DNA from: Sminthopsis crassicaudata
Lineage: Eukaryota
Assembly (NCBI RefSeq): GCF_048593235.1
Contig: NC_133617.1
Location: 70,020,937-70,084,936 of the forward strand
Length of the DNA: 64,000 nucleotides
Direction of reading: 5' to 3'
Positions 1 to 13,034 of this stretch are shown here, one piece after another. The notes under the pieces are model-generated. The model had not been told where the DNA came from. It searched no databases and saw only the letters and a list, made by a program, of their open reading frames with translations. The number at the start of each line of letters is the position of its first letter. Position 1 is the stretch's first letter. Both the position numbers and the translations under genes were made by a program.

Positions 1-579
1 AAGAGGAATATAGTCCATTGAGATTTGTATGGAACCAGAGACTTGGATCCAGACCCACACTTGCTATAATCCCAGCAACTCTGTGATCCTTCTTTCCTTC
101 GGTAAGCTTCTGTTTTTGTTGTTTGGTCACGGGGTTTTCTTGGCTGGAGTAGTTGGTCATTTCCTTCTCCAACTCATTTTACATATGAGGAAACTGAGGC
201 AAACAGAGTTAAGTGACTAGCCAGGGCTCACAGCTACCAAGTGTCTGAAGCCAGATTTGAGATCAGCTAGACCAGTTTTCCTGATTCCAGGCCCAGCACT
301 CTATCCACTGTGCCATCCCCTCACCCGGCTTCAGTTTACTGTGCTATAAAATGAGTGGGTTTCACCAGTCAGTCTCAATGCCTCCAGATAATTTAGCACT
401 AAATCCTATACCCCCCTGAAATCACCTCACTCTGGTCCACAGTTCTCACTTCTAAAAGAAAGCTGATCTATATGGTCTTGAAGGTCCTCTGCAGCTCTGC
501 TATTGGGCTGTTGTAGAGACTGGCTACAGGTGGGGAGGGGGATCATGGAAACAAGGGCATGAAAGGGCTCTGCCCACAG

Positions 580-1892
580 GTGGCCGCAGCCAGCGCTTTT
601 GCCCAAACACTTCGGCGCTACACCTCCCTCAATCACTTGGCCCAGGCGGCCCGGGCTGTGCTTCAGAACACGGCCCAAATCAACCAGATGCTCAGCGACC
701 TCAATCGTGTTGACTTTGCTAATGTACAGGTACCAGCGGTGCCTAAGGAGAGCTGGGGCTCTCTGGGAGGGGAGGGTCCTGGGCATCTTGGTCCTGACCA
801 TCCTGCCTCCTGCCTCCAATTCCAGGGTTTCTGGGGATGGTGGGACGTGGTGTGGGGAGGAAACCCCTGGTGGGTTTGGGCTGCGCTTCCTCCCAAGCCA
901 CACTTCTCCGGCTCTGTGTCCCCAGGAGCAGGCCTCATGGGTATGCCGCTGCGAGGACCGTGTGGTGCAGCGGCTGGAGCAGGACTTCAAGGTGACTCTT
1001 CAGCAGCAGAACTCACTGGAGCAGTGGGCAGGCTGGCTGGATGGTGTGGTGAGCCAGGTGCTCAAGCCCTACCAGGGCAGTGCCAGCTTCCCCAAGGCTG
1101 CCAAACTCTTCCTTCTCAAGTGGTCTTTCTACAGGTGGGTGGTATCTGATGAATGGGGGTTGGGGGCAGCCTGGCTCAGCCCACCAACCCCAGGTCTGCC
1201 TTCTCTTCCTCCAGCTCCATGGTCATCCGGGACCTGACCCTGCGCAGTGCAGCTAGCTTTGGTTCATTCCACCTGATCCGCCTCTTGTATGATGAGTACA
1301 TGTACTACCTAATAGAGCACCGGGTGGCCCAGGCCAAGGGAGAGACACCCATCGCTGTCATGGGCGAGGTGAGTACAACAGGTAGATTGGGGAAGATTGG
1401 GAGGGAGGGAGGAGGGAAAAGGAAGCAGCCCACCCACCCTAACTGCTCCCCTGGGCCCACTCTCCCCTGTACAGTTTGCCAACCTGGCCAGTTCCCTGAA
1501 CCCCCTGGATCCTGACAAAGGTAGGAAGGGCTTCTCCCACCTCAGCTCCTCCTGGGGCTGGTGAGGACCTTTGGATACCTGGGTCCCCACCTCATTTGGG
1601 CACCAGATGTGGGGGCAGGGGTGGGCAAGGGGCCCAAGCATCCCAGCCCCATTGGTGAGGAGTGGGAGTGGGGAGGAGTTCCTGCCTAGAGCAATCCCTG
1701 ATCTCAGATCCCTCCATGAACCCAGATGAGGAGGAAGAAGAAGAGGAGGAGAGTGAAGATGAACTGCCCCAAGAGATCTCTCTCAACTCCAGTGAGTCGA
1801 CTGCCCTCAGCTCAGAGCCCTTGGAGCCCCCTGCCAAGCTGGCAAGGACGGATGGACGGGGCATCTTCGTGCAGGCCCTGCCCTCGAGCTAA
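580..1892 (+). CDS. RFX1: Regulatory factor X1, 3' part (dimerization domain and acidic C-terminus); upstream exons lie outside the window
   Basis: Exons 580-729, 926-1134, 1215-1368, 1475-1520, 1726-1892, all AG/GT bounded with consistent phases. They translate VAAASAFAQTLRRYTSLNHLAQAARAVLQN...EQASWVCRCED...SMVIRDLTLRSAASFGSFHLIRLLYDEY...FANLASSLNPLDPDKDEEEEEEEESEDELPQ...LFVQALPSS-like C-terminus (here GIFVQALPSS*), matching RFX1. Stop TAA at 1890-1892. Confidence 0.97.
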
Positions 1893-3838
1893 AAGCCCTG
1901 GCTGTGTGCTGGGGCTCCCCAGGACTCTGGCCCTCAGAGGGCAGGGCAAGGGCTGTTTCAGGGGCCACCTACCCCAAACCCACCTCGGAACCATGGGAGT
2001 CCCATGAGCCCAGGCTTCCGGCAAAGGAGAAGCTCAGCCTCACCAGCCTTCTGCCCTCCCCCTCCTCTCCTTCCCCCCAAAGACACCAAAGTCCCAGCCA
2101 GACTCCAGGCTTCCCTGTAGCTCGTGGGACTTGGTGTGTTTCTGCTCTGGCCCTGTCATGGGGCAGGATGCACTCCCAGCTACTGAGGGGGAAGCAGGAG
2201 AGCTCCTCAAAGCAGGGAAGGCATTGGCCCTGCACCCCCTCACACCTGCAAACCCACCCCTTCCTGTGGCCTTTGTTTGCCCCTGCGGGGTACGGGGGTG
2301 GGTGGCAGCACAATCCCAGGGCAAGAACCACTTGGCTGCACTGGAAGGATTTTTCTTGGGGGGAGGGGGGGCAGGGGAGCTGGCTCCTCAACACTGACAC
2401 AAAAGACAAAGACGTGCCTTAAGGAACAAACTGAGCGTCCTGGCTGGCGACAGGCTCCCTGGGGCAGTAGGCATGGCCCGAAACCAGAGAGAGAATGGAG
2501 CATCTTCTCTCCCCCTGGCCACCTGCACAGGCCCAGAGCTGTGCCAAGCCTGACCCAGGGGGCTGTGTGCCCGGTAGGGAGTCGCAGCTCCCTACAGTGG
2601 GCATGGTGGTTCCCTGGTTTCCCTTACCCTCTCCTCCTCCTCCCCCCTGGAACTAATTCCAAGCTCTGGCTTTGCACAGTGGCTTGCCCCCCACCCCCAC
2701 CCCAGGCTGCCTGGGGCTTAGGGGATGCTGAGCTGCCACCTTGGACACAGGTAGTATGGGTGGGGGGGTCATTGCTTTTTTCAAGACCACTTGCTCAAGT
2801 GCAGAGGTCCCTTGTCACCACCCAGAATCCTTCCTCCTCCCAGTCCTCCTTGCTTCCCTTCTTGGTTTAAGTGCAATTAAAGCAGTTCTGGGCACTGCTT
2901 TAGGTGAGGGCTTGTGGGTCAGGGCCCTGCCCATCAATCTTCTTCCCTGACACCCCATCCCGCACCCTCTGCCGAGGGAGCAGTGCAGGCCTCCCATCAA
3001 GCCTCGGGACAGGCCCTCTCCTTCATAGGCTGTATCTCCACCTCAGTACCCTTCCTCTGCCCCATCCAACCCAGGCCTGGAGCTGTGGCAGGATCCTCTC
3101 CCCCTCCCCCCCCCAAGGGCAGAGGAAGAGACAGCTGATGGGAGGAATTAGCTTCCTTCTCCCAGCTTCCAAAGACCAGTGCTAGACTGACACTGCCCTG
3201 AGAGCTGCCAGCCTAACCCAGCTCAGGGAGATAAGGCCAAGGTGCCTCCTCCCAAGTGTGGCCAGCCTCCCCTGGAGCAGGTAGGCAGGCAGGGGGGCCT
3301 GGGTAGCCCTCACTCATAAAAGATCACCCTCCCACACATACTCTTTCCCCCCCCCCCCCCAACAGCTGCCCTCTAAGATGCTGGTTTGTCATGGAATCTT
3401 CTTAGCTATTCTAGTTTTCCAGAGATCTGTGCTTTTGTAATGTAATGATCTAACCCTCTCTCTAAACCACATAACTATTGTGCGATTTGTGAGCGATATC
3501 CACTCAGTTGGTAGCTGTTGGGGTTTTTCCAACCATCATGGCCTTATTCGTTCTAATTTTTTCAGTGTTTTCAACATGTGAGATAGATGTTTATGGCAAA
3601 ACAAAACAAAACAAAAAAAAAAAAAAACCTGACCTTATTGTATAAAAAAAAAATCACTATTTTGTGTGCTCCAAGTGCAGCAGCTGAGGGGACAGGCCCC
3701 CCCACTCTGCTGGTGGCTGGTGCCACCTTGGGCCTGGACACCCAGGCCCTCTTCCCCGTGGTGGTGAAAGTGTCAAAGCGTGTGGTAGTCTAGAGAGCCC
3801 GAGCTGTTTTCTACCTTTTGTAGTCTTTCTTAAAACAC

Positions 3839-3844
3839 AATAAA
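3839..3844 (+). terminator. Probable RFX1 polyadenylation signal (AATAAA), giving a ~1.95 kb 3' UTR
   Basis: AATAAA at 3839-3844 followed by T/G-rich sequence, just before the convergent DCAF15 3' end. Confidence 0.7.
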
Positions 3845-4115
3845 TTCTGCTGTGTTATTTGGCTACCAGCTGACTCCCCCAGGCCTAGTTATCTGTTCCA
3901 CAGCTTGTCCTGAAGCTTCCTCTGCTTTGGTGCAGGTCAGGGCTCTGGGTTCCTAACTATTCATTTTGTGTCTAGAAATGATATCCCCAACCTTTAACTT
4001 TAGGGTAAAGGTGAGATGCAGAGCCAACTGTCTCACAGACTGATTGCAGGAGAGTGTTTGGGGGTGGGGCAATATGATCCTGAAGGGAGTTCACACAAGC
4101 TCAGAAATTAAAACA

Positions 4116-4121
4116 TTTATT
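4116..4121 (-). terminator. Probable DCAF15 polyadenylation signal
   Basis: TTTATT on + (AATAAA on -), about 570 nt downstream of the DCAF15 stop codon. Confidence 0.7.
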
Positions 4122-4684
4122 ACATGAATGGGGAGGAGGGGGCAGGGAGAGGGGTCAGCTAGCTCGACCTCCTCACGGAACTGGCATCCACAACTGGCAG
4201 CCAAGAAAACTTTTAGAATATACATGAAACCAAAGGCCCCGGCCTGGAAGGGAGGAGGGGGTGGGGAGAAGCTGAGTCTCTTGAAGCTTCTCTTGGCCCC
4301 CTTCCCTGTGCCCAGGGCTGACAGAGCTCTCTTTGCCAAGGAACTCGGCAGCCTAGGTAGCCCTGGCCATTTAATCCCCAGGGGTCCCTCCCTGCCCCCA
4401 TTTAAATAGGCATAAATAAAAGGAATCTGGGCTCCAGGGCTCGTGGGGGGGAAGGGAGAGGGGCTTAACCTCCCTCCAGCCTACCCCACTTTCCAAGGGG
4501 GGGAGGGGGGAAGGTCTTCCAGAGCCAAGCCTTCCCTCCCCCCAATCCCCACCTCCCCACCTAATACTAGGGGACAGGATGGGAGAAACAAAAAGCCCCC
4601 GAGTAACAACAAAATCCAACCCAAAACGAGGAGGTAGTATCGAGTCAGTGTCCAGAGCAGTGGGTGCCATAGCCCCCGGGCTCC

Positions 4685-7600
4685 TCACAGCACAATCCAT
4701 GTGTACCGCTCGTTGTCAGCCAGGACCTTCAGGGAGCAGCCTGGAGGGGGTGGGACACACACACATACACACACACAAGACAAGTACATCCCAACTTCTT
4801 TTGGGCACCGTTTCTGCCTCTTGTTCATAGGCTCAAAGGAGTTTAAGCTGGAATGGCCCTTAGAACATCCAATCCAACCCCCTTACTTGACAGAGGAAGG
4901 GAAACTAAAGCACAGAGAGAAGACACTGGGCCAAAATCACACAGGAAAGATCACAGGATTTTAAAAAGTTGGAGGGGCCATTCTACTGAGGCCCAGAGGT
5001 TAAATGACATGCTCGAGGTCAGAGACAGTAAACAAAAGAGCCAGCATTTAAATCCAGTGCTACTTCTAGGATAAAGGATATGATACACACTCTAAATGGA
5101 GCCAAACCTTTAGGAACTCATCATCTCTGTTCCTAGTGTCACTGACAGACACCTCTGGGAGGTCCCAGGTCCCCATAAAGTTAATTCCTATCACAAGAGT
5201 AGGGCAGCCCTTTGTCCTAAATTATCTCATAGTATAAAAACAAAGGCTCCTTACTCTGTTAATAAATTTTGGGATCTAGTGACCAAACTCAGCCAAGGTC
5301 ACTCTACCCTTGCCCTCCACAATCTCTTCCCCTCCCTCCCCCACCCAGTCTTCCCTTTCCAGACAGGAGTCCTCTTTAGTCTGTTTTCAGGAGCTCTCCC
5401 TCTCTGCCAATCCCTTCCTCCTCCATCAGCCCCCTTCTATCTGGGCTGCCATTAGCTTTGGGGCCTTTTCTAGTTCCATCCTATCTGGAATTGGGACGAC
5501 AAGTCCTAGGCACAGTCCTAGTGTTGCAGTTACAGATCAATGATTGATACTTGAATGAACAGGGCCTTTATATGAGGGGAGGGGCAGGTTTTTAGATGGG
5601 GGCCTCTGCGCCCTCAGAGTCAAAGCCAGATAAGAAGACCAACAGGCCAAGCAAGCAGAGGAAGAGAACGCTGGGTTGTTGAGACGGCCTGAGCCCCACC
5701 TTTGTGCAGCGCCTCATTGGTCATCCTGTTGACATAGCGGCCACTGTTCTCAGGCACGAGCCACTTCATCACCATGTCGACACAGCTCTTGCGATAGGAG
5801 CTCCAGACGCTGCCACTAGAAGGAAGGAAAGCAGCTCAGCCAAGACTAGGTACAGCTCAGACTCCCTCTCCTCCTGAATTGCTCCCAGCCTCACCTGGTC
5901 TGTCCTTTGACCTCAGTGAGATCACCCACGCTGACCGTCACGAAGATGCCCGTATTCAGGTCCCAGGCCACCTTCAAGCTGGTGTGATAGGTCTTTGGTC
6001 TAGAGGGCAGGACAGAGGATAAACTGAGGGCCGAGGAAAGGGGACTGCTGGGGAAGGGGTGGAGTGAAGAGTGGAAATGAGAGTATCATAGAGCACTGAG
6101 CTTTGAGGAACCTTAGCATTTCCCTCAACCAAGCCCCTTTGTTTAGAGATGGGGAAACTGCAGCCTTGAGAAGGGAGGCACCACACCCAGGATCACCCAA
6201 CTCCCAAATGGCCGAGAAGGGACCTGAACCCCAGGTGTTCTTGACTTCCAAATCTATGGCTCGGTCAGCTAAGCCATCACAGTTGTCAAGCGGAGAGCTA
6301 AGAGGCCCACAGGGAAGGCAAAGGGGGCAGGGTCACTCTCCTACACTTGGTCAGTGGCAGGCCTGGGGGTTACAGGGATCAGCATTTGCCTCCCCCCCCC
6401 CCCTCACCGGAGCTGGGCCTCCTCATTGGGGGAAGGGAAGGCCAGGAGCAGCAGGCCAATGTTGATGAGGACCTGGTTGGTTTCAGGACAGACCTGGTAA
6501 GGGAGAGAACAGGGGAGGACAATGAGGAGAGGCCCCAGAGCACTGGAACATCATAGGCTGGAACCCAATAATCACAAATAACATTTCTATAGCAATTTAA
6601 AATTTTCAAAATACTTCATGCAAAACTCTCTGTTGTGAGCAAGTAGACTTCCCGTTTTAGAGATGAGGAAACAGACTCGGAGAGTAAATGATATCCCTAA
6701 TCATACAGCTGGAAAAGTATCAAAGCCAAGATTTAGGTCATCACCTAATCTGTGAAAACTGTTGTACTAAGACAGCAATGTTACACTCTCTACCCTCAAA
6801 GAGCTTACATTCTGTTAAGGAGGAACGTGTACATTTGCAAGACCCATACAAAGTGAACACAGGGTGGTTTTAAGTGAGAAGGCCTTCCATGCTGTTCCTG
6901 TCTCCTAGGCCCACTCCTGACCCAAGAGAGCACACACCTCCAAAATAACGATGTCATAGTCACTGAAGGAGCAGAACTGGTGGCTCCAAGTAGCATCATT
7001 CCGGATGACTTCATTAATAACGTACTCAAAGTCCAGCGTGAGCTGCTCCACTGTCAGGTACTGGCCCTTTAATAAATAAAGGGCCAGAGATGTACATACA
7101 CAGATGCTCGGCCCCTCTTTGGCCCAGGCTGGCCTTCCTCTGTCCCCGAGCTCTGCTGCATACCTGGAAAACTGCCCGCTCTCTCATAGGCCGCAGATTC
7201 CTGCCCCGGAGGTCGGTCACCACAAATGGAAGGGAGATCTTATCATCCTCAAACCCTAGAGATGGTGGAAGATGGGCACAGGAAGATAGGGGTGAGCCTT
7301 TGAGGTACAGAGCGAGCCCTGCTCTGCCCTCTCCTCACCTGCACCCCCTTCTCACCATCCTCTGGTTCAGCCCAGTCCCCTGGCTCCAGCACATAATGGA
7401 GCTTGGTGTAGTTGACATAACCCGGCTCTGCAACTGGGGGTACTGTGTCAGGAGGACTGTCCCGGGGTCCTGACTCCCTGTCCAGTGGTGGGGCCTCACA
7501 GGGCAGTCGACATCGGCTGCCTGAGGCCCCCAGACAAGGGGGTTGTCGGGCCTCCTCCACAGTGCCGCCCTTTGCCTCCTTGGCCCTCCGGAAAATGTCA

Positions 7601-10600
7601 GCCACAAATTCCTTGGCTTTGGCAACAGCTGGCGAGGGCTCTGGAGGACGAGCAGGGGTGGCCTCTGGGCAGGGTCCTCGGGATGCTGGGGGATCCTCTC
7701 GGCTCGGGGGCCCAGGAGGGTCAGGTGGGGCTGGCGGATGGGTAGTTCGGTCATAGAGGATTTGGCAGAAACTGCTGTCACCTACAATCGGAGGATCCGA
7801 GGAAAGAGAAAGTTGAAGGAAAGGAAAGTGAATGCTCAGAACTTATAAAGGCAAATCAGCACTTTGGGTTAGAACCTGGGGCAAGCCATTTCTCTCTGTA
7901 AATGTAGAAGGCAGCCTTCAGTACATGAGAGCTAAGGCTCCTGTCTCTCTAATCTATGACTGAAGGGCAGGTTAGTCTCTTTCCCCTCTCTAGAATTCTC
8001 TCTCCTGTAGATAAGATTTACATCCAGAAAGTACTTTAGAGATTATGAATCAATGCTCCAAGGTAGTCAAGAAACACATACATTGAAGACAAGTCACTCT
8101 TATATCTTATCCTTTCACTTAGTCATGGTAAGGAAAGACTATCAAGAAGGGAAAAATATTTTCCACCCACTAGAGGATGGACATCAGCTATGTTGTCTAG
8201 GAATTATCATTCTAAAGAGATACTGGATGAGAAATCAAGCTACTTCCTTGTGATTGTACTTTTCAGAGCCTCAGTTTCCCCATTTGTAAAAAAAAAAAAG
8301 AGGTTGGATTCCCTGATTTTCAAAGTCCTTCCCACTCTCCACTATAAACCAGCAGGCCTGACCCCAGTGTTCCGATAAAGTATCTTTCAGCTCTGCAAGT
8401 GGCTAAGGGAGGGCCAGGAAGCCGGGCTAAAGTCTGGACTTGGGGTCATAAGCCTACCTGCTGAGCAGACAGAGACTGCACAGGCCACCAGGGAGTAACT
8501 GGTGTTGAGCAACACCACCTGGTCCTTTTTGAGCTGGAAGGCTGGCTGGAAGGTGGGGAAGGGATAGACCACCTGATACTTCGTATGCAGCATGAACCCG
8601 TGTCTCAGGCAATGGGCACTAGGGTCTCCTGAAACACACACAGAGCTGTAACAAATCCCACGGTATGTGCCAGTGACCCACTTCCACACAAGCTCCATGC
8701 CGCACACCTGAACAGACCTGTAACACACCCACTCCAAGACATGCCCAACCCAACACAAAATGAGGTCCCCATGCAACAAGCACCTGCCAACGCACAGGCA
8801 GCCCACAACTCCCCTGCTCCACACACAACACACACAAAATACAAGCATGCTCACAGCACGTGCCAGTGACACTTCCATGCCTATACTGCACCATCGGGGC
8901 ACAAACACCTAACGGTGAGAACCCTTCCCACTAAGTGGGAACTCATGTAACATGCAGCACTGCTGGTCCCTGTTCCCAGCCGGGGTCATGTGCAAGAGTC
9001 AAGCCCACCCCCACAGATCCACTCACCAGGATGGGCAAGGCTGGCATCTCGGCAACTAGGGCAGCGGTCTCTGGGTGGCATAGCCACAGTGCTAATGTAG
9101 ATGTCCCGGTGGTTCTCATCACTCATCATCATCATGTTCATTAGAATCCCATTGGCTGACCGGGTACTAAGGGGGCAGGGGGAAGGGGCTGAGCCTAAAT
9201 CAATCCCAATCCCCCCCCCTTTCTCCCCAGTGTTGACCCCCACCCTCTCATGTTCTCCACCCCATAGGCCCTCACTTGAAGCCAAAGACGATGACTTTGG
9301 AAGAGTCACTGGGCCACTCGCAAACAGTCAGATACAGGTCACTGTAAATCTCCTCGTCCTGGAAGAGCCGCACCTGCCTCACCTGTAGGCAGGATTGCAC
9401 AGGAACCAGGAATAGCATTAGTAATACAAGACCCTTTGCGATCACCTCATCCAACCCTCTCATCTCACAGAAAAGGAAACCAAGTCCCAAGGAGGGGGAG
9501 GAACTTGCAAAGACTCAAACCCAGGCTTCTTCCTTCTTGGCCCAATACAGAGTGAGAGCTGGGTGGGACTGACCCCTGCCCAGGGAAGAGGAAGGGTCAA
9601 ACAAGTGGCGAGGAGGCCCACGGAGGGGTTGCTCCAACCCCGCCTTCCTACCAGCTTCAACTTGCTGTGGACGTTGAATTCCCACCAATAGAGGTGGTAG
9701 ATATAGAAGGAGAAGTCATCGTCGCCGCTGTTGCTTGTATAGGAGAGGACATAGCGGCCACACTTGGAAAAGCCCAGGAAGATGTGCCTGCGGAGGGGGA
9801 GTATTCTGGTACCTGACAACGCACTAGTCATTCTCTTCCTCCCTCTACCCCTGCCCCCCCCCATTCTGATACCCATCTCCCCCATCCCATCCACCCCACA
9901 CTGTCCCGACTTAGCACACATCCAGAGCCCTGTCCCAACCTCACCCTGCACAAAGGAAGTCCTCGTCCACAATGCTCTTTAAAGATACGCAGACACGGGG
10001 CGGTAATTTGCGGAAGAGCCGAGGGGAGAGCTGCCCACTAATCTGGGGATGGGAAGAGGGGCAGGTCAGGCATTAAACTGCTTCTCTCCATTCCAGAGGC
10101 AGAGTCCATCCAAGGCTGCCCTGCTCCTAAATTTATACTCTACTCTTCCCTTCAATGAACTCCTTCTGATTCCCTTCACTGTTACCCCATTTCCCAATTT
10201 TCTTCTCTCTCTTCTTATAAGAAAAGTAGTGTAATCGTCTTGAGCCTAACTCACCTACAACCTTGAACATCAATTAGCCTTTCCTCCTTCCTATGCCTTT
10301 GCTCCTGTCATTCCTCTTTATCCATATCCTGCTCCTTTGGTGTTTCTCTTTCTAAGGAGGATGCTCATTTCCACTCTCTGAAGACAGACATCGAAGCTCA
10401 GAGTTCAGTCACTCAGTCCAACTTAGATCTGAAGTGGAAAGCTCTGGACATCATCTCTGACAAGAGGTCCTTGAGCTGTTTCTTAAAGACCCTCCAGAAA
10501 AGGGAAGCTACCTTCTCCTAAGACAGCCCATTTCCTTTTGGGAAAGCTCTCTTTGTGAAGAAATGTTTTCTTACATTAAACCTAAGACTGCCTCTCTCCA

Positions 10601-12547
10601 ACTCCTACCCACTGATCTTACTTCTGCCCTCTGGGACCATGTGGAACCAACCTCTGCCTTCTTCCACATGATGTCATCTTCAAATATTTGATTATCAAAT
10701 CCTTTTCTAGAGTGTCTTTTCTGGCCTAAGCATCCCCCTTTATGTTATTCTCAATTGTCTCCAGAATTAGCTTTTTTGGCTGTCATTTCACATCACTGAC
10801 TCATGTGAATCTTACAGTCATCAAATTCCCCAAAATCTTTCAAATAAGCTATTGACCAGCCATCTCTCCTTCAATATTGGCCTAATGAAGTTGGTCATTT
10901 GAACTAACATGAAAGACTTTGCATTTGTCCCTAATAAATTTCACCTAAATTGAATTAAGTCCACTATTCTAGCCTCCTGGAAAATCTTTTGGGATCATTT
11001 CATTTGTGTCAACTCTCCCCCCAAACTTCAGAACACTGATAATACTGATGAGCATGCCCTTTAATCCAAGTGAATGACAAAAACAACAACGCCACATCCC
11101 CACTCCTCAAACGCAGTGTTCAAGACCACCATTTTCCCATCCTTCAATATTCACTGCATGAAAAATTCCATTACACAAAGATTATACATATCTATATATA
11201 GGCATATAGTGTATAGGTATGAGCAAACACATATGCGCATCCTTCTGAGTTCAAATCTGGCCTCAGGCACTTACAAGCCGAGGCACCCTGTTTGCCTCAG
11301 TTTCTCCATCTGCCAAATAAGCTGGAGAAGGAAAATGGCAAACCACCCCAGAATCTTTGCCAAGAAAACCCCCAAGAGGGTCTTGAAGAGTCTAAACACG
11401 ACTTTAAAAAAAGCCTGAACAGCCATGCCTCCGTTTTCTCATTGGTTTAAATCATCTTTAAAGTCTCTTCCTCTCTACACCTGGCCCCTTCCCCAGCTGG
11501 GAGCGGGCTCACCCAAGTGTCCGGGAACGCAACGCTGGGAGCCTGAGTCTACAACTGCCAAGTTTCCTAGGTTTTCACCCTCTCCCGGGTCCCCAGGGAC
11601 AGAGACAATGTGAATGTGGGAGGGCATTATGGGTGAATAAGAGCCTGTGTGGGGCAGGCTAAATTAAAATAGAAAGGAATTAGACCAGTTCTCCATCTTC
11701 AGGAAGCTCAAGTCAAGGGGGAGACAAGATTCCTGCACATCCAACCTGAGGTTTTCACCCGCCCCTTCCTGTGCGGACACATGCCCCCCACGCCATCGCC
11801 ACCGACCTGGAACAGTCCCCTCTGCCAGAAGCCGGCCCCCCTCTCCAGCACGGCCGTCAGGTCCACGCCTCTTCCTCTGTGTCCCCCTTCCTAACGCCCA
11901 TGCCCGCTGGCCGCTCGCACCCAGTGCAGGGGCTTCTGCTCTGCAACGTGCTCTTCCCCATCACTTCTCTCCTCCGACGCTCTCGCTAAAAAGCGGCCTC
12001 CCCTCTCTTCGGCCACCCCGGAGAGCCCCTTCACCCCCACTCCTAGGCACCCCCTCTCCTCCGCCAGGTCTCCATCACCCCCTTCTCTGTCACTCCTCCC
12101 ATCAGCCTAGGCCTTCCTCCTGTGTAAAGCGCTCTCCTCCATCACCTTCTCCTCCGCTTCCGATGCTCGCGCCCTCACGACCCACCTCGCCGACCCCCAA
12201 AAGGCCTCCTCCTCCAGGCCCCAGCCCCCCACTCCCTTCTCGCCATAATCCCTTCCTTTTCCTCATCCTCCACCCCCAGCGCCCTCCCCTCTAGGCCCTT
12301 CCCCCCAGAATGCACACCCCCCCTGCCCCTCCCCCCCGACGCCCTCCCCTCTCCGGTTTTCCCCTCGGGCGCCCCCTCCCCCGCCCGATCCTCCCGGCCC
12401 CGGCCGGGCTCTCACCCTGACACGCTCCAGCTGCTTGAGGACATGTTCCCGCCGCCGCCCTCCGGCTCGCTTCCCTCCAAGGCCTCCGCCGCCTCCGCCG
12501 CCGCTCCCGGCCCCGCTGTTCCGCTCCGATTTCGAGCTGGGCGCCAT
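4685..12547 (-). CDS. DCAF15: DDB1- and CUL4-associated factor 15 (597 aa, 13 coding exons)
   Basis: Exons 12416-12547, 9945-10042, 9652-9787, 9276-9382, 9027-9166, 8458-8628, 7356-7781, 7164-7255, 6938-7066, 6408-6493, 5895-5999, 5700-5815, 4685-4740. Total 1794 nt, all GT-AG, phases consistent. Protein [19 protein letters not shown]...[18 protein letters not shown]...[26 protein letters not shown]...[18 protein letters not shown] matches DCAF15. Confidence 0.98.
11243..11405 (+). mobile_element. Mar1/MIR-type CORE-SINE in DCAF15 intron 1
   Basis: B-box-like GAGTTCAAATC, CORE (GCCTCAGTTTCTCCATCTG) and the Mar1-type tail GCTGGAGAAGGAAAATGGCAAACCAC...ATCTTTGCCAAGAAAACCCC. Boundaries approximate. 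Confidence 0.8.
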
Positions 12548-12900
12548 TTTCACCCCCTCCCTCCACTTCCGGAGCAACCGGCCCCGTCGCCCCACCCCCT
12601 CCGCCTCTTCATTGGCCCTATCCGAGGGATGCGGCGAGCCGGTTGGAGGGGAGTCGGACCTCAGAGCTTCTTCCCGCTCGACTTGTCCATCAAAGTCATC
12701 TCGAATGATGATTGGTAAATCTGGCGCCGCAGTCGCATTTCGGTAGGCCGCATGCGCTGCCAGTTCCATTGACTCCGCCTTCCCCTTGATATTAACCAAT
12801 CTATATGCAAGATATGTTCGGATCTCTAGAAGATAGCTCTTAGTCTATGGACAGTGGGCCTTGTCAATCTCATTATCGACACGCCCCCGTGAGGCCACTA
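11770..12900 (-). promoter_or_regulatory. DCAF15 CpG island / promoter
   Basis: CpG-dense region around exon 1. CCAAT boxes (ATTGG 12611-12615 and 12711-12715; CCAAT 12796-12800), NRF1-like GCATGCGC 12750-12757, YY1-like GCGCCATTTT over the start codon (12541-12550). Confidence 0.85.
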
Positions 12901-13020
12901 GGTTTCCATAGAGACCATAAGAGGCCCTGGCACCCAGGGCTCTCTGTGGTCCAGAAGGGGCCTAGTTCCACTTCTTTGAGGTGTCTGTGGATAGTGCCTG
13001 ACAGACTATACTTAAGTCTT

Positions 13021-13034
13021 GTTGCCCTAGCAAC
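13021..13034. promoter_or_regulatory. RFX X-box motif GTTGCCCTAGCAAC
   Basis: Exact match to the X-box consensus GTNRCC-N(0-3)-RGYAAC, about 470 bp upstream of the DCAF15 ATG. Confidence 0.55.

Noticed and set aside
427-1515. Overlapping alternative-frame and antisense ORFs over RFX1 exons
   Set aside because: Shadow ORFs of GC-rich coding exons and short introns; no independent homology is recognisable.
3845-4115. Overlap of RFX1 and DCAF15 3' ends
   Set aside because: The two poly(A) signals face each other ~270 bp apart, so the predicted mRNAs are close but do not overlap.
7339-7355. Alternative donor for DCAF15 exon 7
   Set aside because: Using it adds 17 nt and breaks the frame with the next exon.
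12548-12799. N-terminal extension of DCAF15 from the upstream in-frame ATG (ORF 12263-12799)
   Set aside because: Known DCAF15 starts at MAPSSKSER. The upstream ATG lies among the CCAAT boxes, probably upstream of the transcription start.
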